This document shows, piece after piece, positions 56,125-64,000 of a stretch of 64,000 nt of DNA (position 1 is the first letter of the stretch; the number at the start of each line of letters is the position of its first letter). The stretch comes from Flavobacteriaceae bacterium. Lineage in GTDB: Bacteria > Bacteroidota > Bacteroidia > Flavobacteriales > Flavobacteriaceae. The notes under the pieces were generated by a model. The model did no database searches. It saw nothing but the letters and a program-made list of their open reading frames with translations, and was not told the origin of the DNA. The stretch is taken from assembly GCA_024643425.1 (NCBI GenBank), contig JAHEMY010000001.1:9106-73105 (forward strand), read 5' to 3'. A program made the translations under genes and the position numbers.

Positions 56125-56910
56125 ATGAATACTGAAAAAGTTGCCATATATATTGTAGACTGGCTAAAGACATATGCTGTAAACGCAGGGATGGACGGAT
56201 TTGTTGTAGGAGTAAGCGGCGGTATTGATTCGGCTGTTACGTCGACTCTGTGCGCCATGACCGGTATGCGGACCCTTTGTGTAGAAATGCCCATTCATCA
56301 GGCAGCCTCTCAAGTAACCAGAGCCCAAGAACATATCACTCAACTTAAAAAACGTTTTGCAAATGTAACCGATGCACGGGTTGATTTAACTCCTGTATTT
56401 GAAGAATTCAAGAAACAAGTCCCTCAAGGACAAAAAGACCCAAATTTAGATTTAAGCTTGGCCAATACAAGAGCAAGACTTCGTATGTCTACGCTATACT
56501 ATTTTGCAGGATTGCATCGATACCTCGTGGCTGGAACGGGAAACAAAGTAGAGGATTTTGGTGTAGGCTTTTACACCAAATATGGTGATGGTGGCGTTGA
56601 TCTTAGTCCGATAGCCGATTTAATGAAAAGTGAGGTCTACAAAATTGGAGAATTTGTTAAGGTTCCCAACAGCATTATGAAAGCCACTCCTACCGATGGT
56701 CTTTTTGGAGACAGCCGAAGTGATGAAGATCAAATAGGAGCAAGTTACGATGAGCTCGAATGGGCAATGAAAATGAAGGATGAAGGTAAAATCCCACAGG
56801 ATTTTATTGGGCGTGAAAAAGTGGTTCTTGAAATCTTTTTAAAACTCAATAGAGCCAATCAGCACAAAATGATTCCCATACCTGTATGTGAAATACCATC
56901 AACATTATAG
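56125..56910 (+). CDS. nadE: NH3-dependent NAD+ synthetase
   Basis: PP-loop VVGVSGGIDSAV, ...GTGNKVEDFGVGFYTKYGDGG..., TPTDGL. Confidence 0.9.
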   Translation: MNTEKVAIYIVDWLKTYAVNAGMDGFVVGVSGGIDSAVTSTLCAMTGMRTLCVEMPIHQAASQVTRAQEHITQLKKRFANVTDARVDLTPVFEEFKKQVPQGQKDPNLDLSLANTRARLRMSTLYYFAGLHRYLVAGTGNKVEDFGVGFYTKYGDGGVDLSPIADLMKSEVYKIGEFVKVPNSIMKATPTDGLFGDSRSDEDQIGASYDELEWAMKMKDEGKIPQDFIGREKVVLEIFLKLNRANQHKMIPIPVCEIPSTL

Positions 56911-57070
56911 ATTTACTCGTAATTGGTCGAATATTATTGAACTTAAACGAAAAAAAAGTATCCCTCTTCATCTTTTTTATAGTTTTGATTTTGTAGTATA
57001 AATATTACAAAACCTCACACTTATTTCACTGTCCCTGTTTTAAGTGTTTTTACGTAAAAACAACCTTAAA

Positions 57071-57703
57071 ATGAAGAGAATCGTTATTGCAGATCACCAT
57101 CCTGTGACTAAGAAAGGGATAGCTTGCATGCTTAAAAAGTCTGCAGATTATACAATTGTTGGCAAGGCCAATAATGGAGATGAATTATTTAAAAGTCTCA
57201 AAGAGGACAAGCCGGACATTCTAATTATGGAAATCGATATGCCACAACTCAACGGCATCAACATCCTGAGAACCATTAAAACTGAATACCCAAATACTCG
57301 TGTCATGATTTTCTCCCAACATCCCGAGGAAATTTATGCACTAAGATCTATCAAATCCGGTGCGGCAGGTTATGTGCCGAAAACTGCTTCAACGAAGAGT
57401 TTTTTGAAAGCTTTAAAACAAATTGCCAAAGGGGGTATTTTCTTGAATGAAGACTTGACCTCAACTTTTACCAGTCGAAATGTAGGTGAGGCAAGTGCAA
57501 TAAGTCGTTATAAAAAATTATCGTCTAGGGAAATTGAAGTGCTCAATTTACTTTCAAGCGGCAAGCGAAACAAAGATATAGCGAACGCTTTGGATATTAA
57601 CGAAAAAACAGTGAGTACTTACAAAACCAGACTTCTGAAAAAGCTGAAAGTCGACAACTTGGCCGACTTAATCAACCAGTCTAGAATGTTTCAATTTGGC
57701 TAA
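57071..57703 (+). CDS. NarL/FixJ (LuxR-type) response regulator, orphan
   Basis: REC domain (MKRIVIADHH..., phosphoacceptor context ILIMEIDMP) plus LuxR HTH (LSSREIEVLNLLSSGKRNKDIANALDINEKTVSTYKTRLLKKL). No adjacent histidine kinase. Confidence 0.8.
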   Translation: MKRIVIADHHPVTKKGIACMLKKSADYTIVGKANNGDELFKSLKEDKPDILIMEIDMPQLNGINILRTIKTEYPNTRVMIFSQHPEEIYALRSIKSGAAGYVPKTASTKSFLKALKQIAKGGIFLNEDLTSTFTSRNVGEASAISRYKKLSSREIEVLNLLSSGKRNKDIANALDINEKTVSTYKTRLLKKLKVDNLADLINQSRMFQFG

Positions 57704-59668
57704 TTAAATTACCCGATTCAAACGCTCGGAAAGCATCTTTCGAAGCGTATTATAATCCATGATATCTTGCATCAATTCAGAGTCTACTGAAGACTCACTC
57801 TGTTGGACTTTTCCACTCAACTCCCCTATTTTTTTGGCAACCAGCAATCTCCTCAAATTGAGGATGGTATCTATCACTTCTTTAGAAACACCGTGTTCTT
57901 TATTCTTTGTGAAAATTTCACGTCGCTGCCAATCGTGCAATTGATATTTTTCGTCGTCCATGATAATATGAGTTACCACCGAACCTAATTCTTGAGGTAA
58001 CTGGTTCACAAACTGATCCATCTTTAAACTTTCAGCCCGCTGGTATTCTTCTATAATGGCAAAATAGAGCTGTTGAAAAATTGGATTTGCAAACTCTACT
58101 TCATCATCTTGTAAATCCAAAAACACTTTTTCAAATACCTTAGATTTAATTTTCTCCTGACGGTGAACTACTTCACCTGTAGTTTCGGATTCCATCATTA
58201 AATCGTCAAAATCTTCCTCCATTTCACCATACAACAACAACAATTCGATGATCTTTCGCTCCAGACTTTCCTGTAAATCGACTTTTTCAATATGCTGAGT
58301 GGTTTTAGGTTCAACCACGCGAAGCGTATTATCATCCGATTTGGTTTTTTTGGAGGCATCGCGACGTTCTTTTTGGAGCAGCTGTGCCAAAGTGCTAAAC
58401 AGCACCTCCTCACTTATGTCCATAATTCTTGAACATTCCTTGAGGTACACTTCTTGTTTGATGTGGTCCGGTATCTTAGAAATGCTGGTAACCATATCTC
58501 GAATAGTCTCCGCCTTTTTTACTGGGTCGTTCTTCGATTCCTTTGCCAGTAAGGACGCCTTAAAATTGATAAAATCAGTAGCATTCTCATTCAAATAATG
58601 AGTGATGTCGTCCAAAGAGTTTTCACGCGCAAAGCTATCGGGATCTTCACCTTCCGGGAAGGTGCAAATCTTCACGTTTAGTCCTTGCTCCAAGATCAAA
58701 TCCACACCACGAAGGGAAGCACGTAATCCTGCAGCATCTCCATCAAAAAGCAATGTGATGTTTTTGGTTAACCGATGTATCAATCGAATTTGATCTGCTG
58801 TTAAGGCCGTTCCCGACGATGAAACTACATTTTGTATTCCTCGTTGGTGCAGCTGAATCACATCGGTATACCCTTCCACCAAATAACAATTATCTTGCTT
58901 GGCAATGGCTTGCTTTGCAAAATAAATCCCATAGAGCACTTTACTCTTATGGTATACTTCGCTTTCAGGAGAGTTTAAGTATTTAGCAGCTTTCTTATCA
59001 TTGACAAGTATTCTTCCTCCAAATCCCAAAACACGTCCGCTAAGGCTATGAATTGGAAAAAGCACCCTTCCTTTAAATCGATCGAATTTTTTATCGTCCT
59101 TAACGATGGTAAGTCCTGTTTTTTCTAAAAAACTTAATTGATATCCATTTTTCAATGCACTATTGGTGAAGGCATCCCATTCATCCAAAGCATATCCTAA
59201 TTGAAATTTGGTTATGGTTTCTTTAGAAAATCCGCGCTCTTTGAAGTAGCTAAGACCAATCGCTTTTCCTGGTCCTGTTTCATGAAGTGTTTCTTGAAAA
59301 TAGGTATTTGCATATTCATTAACCAAATACAAACTCTCTCGTTCGTTAGCCTCTTCCTTTTGTTCTTGAGATTGTTCGGTTTCTTCAATTTCAATTCCAT
59401 ATTTCTTGGCGAGATACTTTATGGCCTCGGGATAAGTAAAATGTTCGTGTTCCATAACGAAGGCCACGACATTTCCCCCTTTTCCACTTGAAAAATCCTT
59501 CCAAATCTGCTTCACAGGAGAAACCATAAAACTTGGCGTTCGTTCATCGCTAAATGGACTCAAGCCTTTATAGTTGCTTCCCGATTTTTTAAGTTGCACA
59601 AAATCACCAATTACCTCCTCAACTCGGGCGGTGTCAAACACTTGATCTATGGTAGTTCTTGAAATCAA
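57704..59668 (-). CDS. dnaG: DNA primase DnaG
   Basis: Zinc-ribbon region (...YKGLSPFSDERTPSFMVSP), TOPRIM (YLVEGYTDVI...LFDGDAAG). Confidence 0.9.
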   Translation of the reverse strand: MISRTTIDQVFDTARVEEVIGDFVQLKKSGSNYKGLSPFSDERTPSFMVSPVKQIWKDFSSGKGGNVVAFVMEHEHFTYPEAIKYLAKKYGIEIEETEQSQEQKEEANERESLYLVNEYANTYFQETLHETGPGKAIGLSYFKERGFSKETITKFQLGYALDEWDAFTNSALKNGYQLSFLEKTGLTIVKDDKKFDRFKGRVLFPIHSLSGRVLGFGGRILVNDKKAAKYLNSPESEVYHKSKVLYGIYFAKQAIAKQDNCYLVEGYTDVIQLHQRGIQNVVSSSGTALTADQIRLIHRLTKNITLLFDGDAAGLRASLRGVDLILEQGLNVKICTFPEGEDPDSFARENSLDDITHYLNENATDFINFKASLLAKESKNDPVKKAETIRDMVTSISKIPDHIKQEVYLKECSRIMDISEEVLFSTLAQLLQKERRDASKKTKSDDNTLRVVEPKTTQHIEKVDLQESLERKIIELLLLYGEMEEDFDDLMMESETTGEVVHRQEKIKSKVFEKVFLDLQDDEVEFANPIFQQLYFAIIEEYQRAESLKMDQFVNQLPQELGSVVTHIIMDDEKYQLHDWQRREIFTKNKEHGVSKEVIDTILNLRRLLVAKKIGELSGKVQQSESSVDSELMQDIMDYNTLRKMLSERLNRVI

Positions 59669-59774
59669 ATTGAAAACTGGTAGGATGTAAAAATACTATA
59701 TTTTGAAGTTAATTTAAGGAAAATCCCCTTCGTTAACTTTTATTCTTGTGACCTTAATATAAAGGATAGAAAAG

Positions 59775-60752
59775 TTATTTTTTTCGATCAATCACGTAAT
59801 TGACCATAAGCTCCAAAGAAGCTTTGTAAGGCGAATCCGGGTACTTCTGCAACAGGCTCAAAGCTTGTTCTTGGTAAGACTTCATTCGGTCTATGGCATA
59901 CGACAACCCTCCCAGCTCCTTAACTTTACTAATCACTTGTTTCACCCGAGCCTTGTCCTTATTATGATTCTTTACAGAATTTATCAGCCAAGCTCTTTCT
60001 TTTGGACTTGCGACATTGAGTGCATGGATGAGTGGTAGCGTCATCTTCTTTTCTTTGATATCAATTCCCGTAGGTTTCCCGATAGCATCATCCCCATAAT
60101 CGAATAAATCATCTTTTATTTGAAACGCCATTCCAATGAGCTCTCCAAATTTTCTTAAATGCTCGACCTCCTCTTTAGAGGCGTTTACCGACTGTGCTCC
60201 CATAGCGCAACAGGCTGCAATCAAGGTGGCCGTTTTTTGTCGAATGATATCAAAATAAACCGCTTCCGTAATGTCCAGGCGCCTCGCTTTCTCGATTTGC
60301 AGCAATTCGCCTTCACTCATTTCGCGTACCGCTACCGAAATAATTTTCAAGAGATCAAAATCGTCATTATCTATCGAAAGAAGCAATCCTTTCGACAATA
60401 GGTAATCCCCAACAAGCACCGCTATTTTATTTTTCCAAAGTGCATTAATTGAAAAGAATCCGCGTCGCCGATTGCTATCGTCTACTACATCGTCATGCAC
60501 TAACGTGGCAGTATGTATTAATTCGATAACAGAAGCTCCTCGATACGTACGTTCGTTGACCAGGCCTTCATTACACATTTTGGCGATAAGGAACACAAAC
60601 ATGGGGCGCATTTGTTTTCCTTTACGATTCACCACATAATGAGTGATTCGATTGAGCAGGGCCACATGGGTAGACATAGCTTGGTAGAACTTCTTTTCAA
60701 AAAGTTCCATCTCAGCTTCAATAGGTGCTTTTATTTGATAGGTTACCTTCAT
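59775..60752 (-). CDS. Polyprenyl diphosphate synthase (IspB-like)
   Basis: The two Asp-rich motifs LVHDDVVDD and QIKDDLFDY. Confidence 0.85.
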   Translation of the reverse strand: MKVTYQIKAPIEAEMELFEKKFYQAMSTHVALLNRITHYVVNRKGKQMRPMFVFLIAKMCNEGLVNERTYRGASVIELIHTATLVHDDVVDDSNRRRGFFSINALWKNKIAVLVGDYLLSKGLLLSIDNDDFDLLKIISVAVREMSEGELLQIEKARRLDITEAVYFDIIRQKTATLIAACCAMGAQSVNASKEEVEHLRKFGELIGMAFQIKDDLFDYGDDAIGKPTGIDIKEKKMTLPLIHALNVASPKERAWLINSVKNHNKDKARVKQVISKVKELGGLSYAIDRMKSYQEQALSLLQKYPDSPYKASLELMVNYVIDRKK

Positions 60753-60802
60753 TAATTCTCAAAGATATTCAATCTTTAGAAAGTGTTCTTATCTAACTTA
60801 AA

Positions 60803-60827
60803 CAGAGCGGTAGAAAAAGCCGCTCTG
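60803..60827 (-). terminator. Possible terminator hairpin after rlmN
   Basis: Stem cagagcgg/ccgctctg. On the minus strand it is followed only by a weak TTTAAGTT tract. Confidence 0.4.
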
Positions 60828-60832
60828 ATTAG

Positions 60833-61882
60833 TTAATGTTTATTTGCCAGCTGCCCACAAGCAGCATCGATATCTTTTCCTCGACTTCGTCTAACCGTAA
60901 CCGGTATTTTAAACGCTTCAAGCCGATCTATATAACGCTGTACGCGATCGTCTCCCGCTTGCTGAAAGTCTCCGTCGTCGATAGGGTTGTATTCAATTAA
61001 ATTCACTTTGCAAGGAACATATTTACAAAACTTGATGAGGGCGTCAATATCCTCTTCCTTATCATTGATGTTCTTCCAAACCACATATTCATATGTAATA
61101 CGACTTTTGGTCTTGGCATACCAATATTCCAACGAGTCCCTCAAATCATCTAGCGTAAATGTCTTTGCGAAGGGCATGATCTGTTCCCGTGTTTCTTGAA
61201 TTGCAGAATGTAAGGATACGGCCAACTTAAATTTCACCTGGTCGTCCGCCATTTTTTTAATCATTTTAGGTACTCCAGAGGTAGAAACGGTTATTCGTTT
61301 TGGCGACATTCCCATGCCTTCATCTCCTGTAATTTTATCGATAGAAGCAATTACGTTTTTGTAATTCATGAGGGGTTCCCCCATTCCCATAAATACAATA
61401 TTGGATAAGGGACGGTTATGATACAACATACTTTCCCGATGAATTGCCACGACTTGATCGTAAATTTCATCAGGATTCAAATTTCTCATTCGCTTTAGCC
61501 TTGCCGTTGCACAAAATTTGCAATCCAAGCTACAACCTACTTGAGATGATACACAAGCGGTGGTTCGATTTTTTGCAGGAATAAGCACAGATTCGACAAT
61601 TAAACCGTCATGCAAGCGCACAGCATTTTTAATGGTGCCATCGCTACTTTTTTGCAACGAATCGACTTGAATATGATTGATGGTGAAATGGTCCTCTAGC
61701 AGAGCTCTTGTTTCCAAGGAAAGGTTCGTCATTGCATCGAAATTATGGGCTCCTTTGGCCCACAACCATTCGTACACTTGATTCCCTCTAAAAGATTGAT
61801 CCCCCATTTCGACAAAGAAATTTCGAATCTCTTCTTTAGACAAAGCTCGGATGTCTTTTTTAGCCTCTTTCATTCGCCACAA
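60833..61882 (-). CDS. rlmN: 23S rRNA/tRNA (adenine-C2)-methyltransferase RlmN (radical SAM)
   Basis: CxxxCxxC (GCSLDCKFCAT), ...FMGMGEPL..., ...DIDAACGQL. An alternative start is Met4 (61873). Confidence 0.9.
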   Translation of the reverse strand: MWRMKEAKKDIRALSKEEIRNFFVEMGDQSFRGNQVYEWLWAKGAHNFDAMTNLSLETRALLEDHFTINHIQVDSLQKSSDGTIKNAVRLHDGLIVESVLIPAKNRTTACVSSQVGCSLDCKFCATARLKRMRNLNPDEIYDQVVAIHRESMLYHNRPLSNIVFMGMGEPLMNYKNVIASIDKITGDEGMGMSPKRITVSTSGVPKMIKKMADDQVKFKLAVSLHSAIQETREQIMPFAKTFTLDDLRDSLEYWYAKTKSRITYEYVVWKNINDKEEDIDALIKFCKYVPCKVNLIEYNPIDDGDFQQAGDDRVQRYIDRLEAFKIPVTVRRSRGKDIDAACGQLANKH

Positions 61883-61936
61883 AAGTACAATAATTAAGTA
61901 AACACCCGCTTGAGGAAATGGATTGTGAAAGACAAC

Positions 61937-63595
61937 CTACCGCTGAATGATAATTTTTTTGGTAATGGTGTTGTCGGTATCACCATCGATTAAATGAAGA
62001 AAATAAATCCCGTTGGCATATTGTTCAACATTGAAGATGTTTTGAGAACTTGCCATAGAACCATTGGATAGTTTTTGACCTACCAGGTTATAAAACTCAT
62101 ACCTTAAATCAGGGTATTGGGTATTCATCACTGTAATATAAGAAGTAGCCGGATTCGGAAAAACGGCTAATTGTCCTTCCAATTCAAAATCGCCAATGTT
62201 CAAAGAATTTTCAAGGGTTGGAACTGTTGACAAGCCCATATTGGTAGGGTCCAGCCAATCTTTTAAACGAGTTTCGGATGTAGCACCGTAATCCCATGAA
62301 ACAGCAAATCGTCCATAAATATCATATTCCTGATTATTTTCAACGCCGTTACAATAGGAGAGCCCTGCATACAGCTGACCTATGATACTTCCATTTTCAT
62401 TAAACAATGGAGAGCCTGATGAACCGCTTTCGGTAGTTCCAATGTCCCAACCATTACCATTTCCAACGGACTGGCCTTTAATTAACCAAACTTCCGTTCC
62501 ATTGGCGTTATCTTTCATTGCCGGATCGTCGTCACGACATATTTTCATAATATCACCACTTGGGTGATGCATGCCAACCTGAAATTCGGGATCATTATCA
62601 GAATTATCCCAACCGGCAAAGGACACATCCCAAGAGGAAGGTATTTTATTGTATAACTCGACCAAAGCAAAATCTGAATGTGCATTATGAGCTAGCAACT
62701 CTGCACCACTCATGGTAAAATTTGTTTGTAAATCGGCACTTTCATCTTCAGTTCCACAAACAGGACTAGGACTTACCCAATTGAAACGAACAGACCACAA
62801 TCCAGGGTTGGAATTTTGAAGACAATGATTCCCGGTAAGCAGCAGCGGTTTCTTATCCTGCAATGCATTATTCACTAATACCGCTGAACACAAATACCCA
62901 TTTCCTAAATTCAAAAGTGCAATGGATTTCTTTAATTTATTTTTCAATGATTCAAAATCACTACCAACAGAACAATTTACATCGTAATTACAATCACCAG
63001 AATCTCCCAATCCACGATTCTCTTCATCACCAAGAATATCTGATTCATTGCCAATTCGATATCCATGGATAATGTTTCGGATTTTTAACAAGGCGGGAGT
63101 AACAATACCCTGCGGTTGATAATATTCTACAATCACCACATCACCGGAAATAAACCATGAGCCCATTTGATCGGAATTTCGGTTATGATCGCTGGTATAT
63201 ACTTTCGAATAATCGGATCGATCCAGGTTATACAACTGCAGGCGAGCTCCTTCAGGAAGTTTAAATTGGTTGAAATTAACTCCTAAGTTGACTGCCTCCG
63301 GAGATTTTATGGCAATTCGCCACAATTTAGCTCCGTTATTAAGTTCGATCCAAGATCCATCCTCATTAAAATCCAGAGCAATTGGCCGTTCTATTCCAAA
63401 TCGCCATGGTTTCGACTTATCGCGATCATTGAGTGCATCCTCTGCTATTATTTGAGAAAGGTCAATTGGCGGCAAAGAAAGTGGGGTCACATCTTGCAAC
63501 TCCAGGGTCCAACCAATAGGTTTGTCTGTGGTATATTGAGCATTCAAACTTACCACAGAAAAAACAAAAAGACTAAAAAGCAGGCGTAAGCGCAT
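61937..63595 (-). CDS. Secreted trypsin-fold (S1, lysyl-endopeptidase-like) serine protease with T9SS C-terminal sorting domain
   Basis: Signal peptide; triad contexts LLTGNHC (His), DFALVEL (Asp), TESGSSGSPLF (Ser); tail FPNPATSYITV...GIYFLHLIDGDTDNTITKKIIIQR. Confidence 0.7.
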   Translation of the reverse strand: MRLRLLFSLFVFSVVSLNAQYTTDKPIGWTLELQDVTPLSLPPIDLSQIIAEDALNDRDKSKPWRFGIERPIALDFNEDGSWIELNNGAKLWRIAIKSPEAVNLGVNFNQFKLPEGARLQLYNLDRSDYSKVYTSDHNRNSDQMGSWFISGDVVIVEYYQPQGIVTPALLKIRNIIHGYRIGNESDILGDEENRGLGDSGDCNYDVNCSVGSDFESLKNKLKKSIALLNLGNGYLCSAVLVNNALQDKKPLLLTGNHCLQNSNPGLWSVRFNWVSPSPVCGTEDESADLQTNFTMSGAELLAHNAHSDFALVELYNKIPSSWDVSFAGWDNSDNDPEFQVGMHHPSGDIMKICRDDDPAMKDNANGTEVWLIKGQSVGNGNGWDIGTTESGSSGSPLFNENGSIIGQLYAGLSYCNGVENNQEYDIYGRFAVSWDYGATSETRLKDWLDPTNMGLSTVPTLENSLNIGDFELEGQLAVFPNPATSYITVMNTQYPDLRYEFYNLVGQKLSNGSMASSQNIFNVEQYANGIYFLHLIDGDTDNTITKKIIIQR

Positions 63596-63665
63596 GCGTA
63601 ACGATTATATATTGTCAATAAGGAACATAAATATAGCCTTTTCTTTTGAAATTCAAGGGACTAAT

Positions 63666-63696
63666 AAAAAAAATCCCATGTTGAAGAACACGGGAT
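63666..63696 (-). terminator. Rho-independent terminator after queA
   Basis: The minus strand reads a hairpin atccc(gtg)/(cat)gggat followed by an 8-T run. Confidence 0.7.
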
Positions 63697-63718
63697 TTTA
63701 AGTGATTGTTTACTTTGC

Positions 63719-64000
63719 TTAGATGATCAACATCGCGTCACCATAGGTGTAAAATCTATATCGTTCCTTGATGGCTTCCGCATAGGCCTTTTTAATAAAT
63801 TCGTGACCCGCAAATGCCGACACCATCATCAACAATGTTGATTTCGGGGTGTGGAAATTAGTCACCATACTGTTGGCAATGCTAAAATCGTAAGGAGGGA
63901 AAATAAATTTATTGGTCCATCCTGAATAATCGTTCAAAGTTGCATTTGAAGAAACTGAACTTTCCAAAGCACGCATTACCGTAGTTCCTACGGCACAAAC
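63719..64000 (-). CDS. queA: S-adenosylmethionine:tRNA ribosyltransferase-isomerase QueA, C-terminal part (gene continues beyond the window)
   Basis: The frame is open to the window edge (…[14 protein letters not shown]…[15 protein letters not shown]...[13 protein letters not shown]). Confidence 0.85.
   Translation of the reverse strand, partial: VCAVGTTVMRALESSVSSNATLNDYSGWTNKFIFPPYDFSIANSMVTNFHTPKSTLLMMVSAFAGHEFIKKAYAEAIKERYRFYTYGDAMLII

Overview
This is a chromosomal segment of a Flavobacteriia-type Bacteroidota genome. Supporting evidence: gldB/gldC, a PorT-like barrel, a TamL-like lipoprotein, six cargo genes with T9SS C-terminal sorting domains, TAnnTTTG -7 promoter boxes, and an FtsZ with a long acidic tail. 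I call about 60 CDS and one tRNA-Arg(UCG). I see no rRNA, CRISPR array, transposase or integrase. Most of the window is housekeeping: rsmG, a desaturase, an aminotransferase, trkH/trkA, ubiE, fbaA, accD, rpsO-pnp, rpoD, rpe, nadE, dnaG, rlmN and queA. A complete dcw cluster (mraZ to ftsZ) runs on the minus strand from 53102 to 37644. Its promoter carries four phased GTGGT boxes that look like an MraZ operator. The only clearly accessory segment is about 31.8-37.6 kb, between yqeY/tRNA-Arg and the ftsZ terminator. There, an 18-nt perfect copy of the tRNA 3' end sits 154 bp downstream of the tRNA, which looks like an att scar. It is followed by five same-strand genes with no housekeeping identity: a membrane-anchored TPR protein; a caspase-like (C14) protease with an intact His/Cys dyad fused to a helical-repeat domain; and a tightly packed trio of small proteins. 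Two of the trio share a 19-residue KNT-x-EG-x6-GN-x2-IGD module, one of which also has two TM helices. The third is a TM/coiled-coil/SH3b-like protein. I flag this block as the best candidate for an undescribed caspase-centred conflict or cell-death module. Other notes: tandem Omp28-like T9SS paralogs with a 55-nt near-identical patch, a short BLUF photoreceptor gene, a structured pnp leader, and a repeat-encoded RGG-like PNPase tail. All calls come from reading the sequence and ORF translations; no database search or computation was run.
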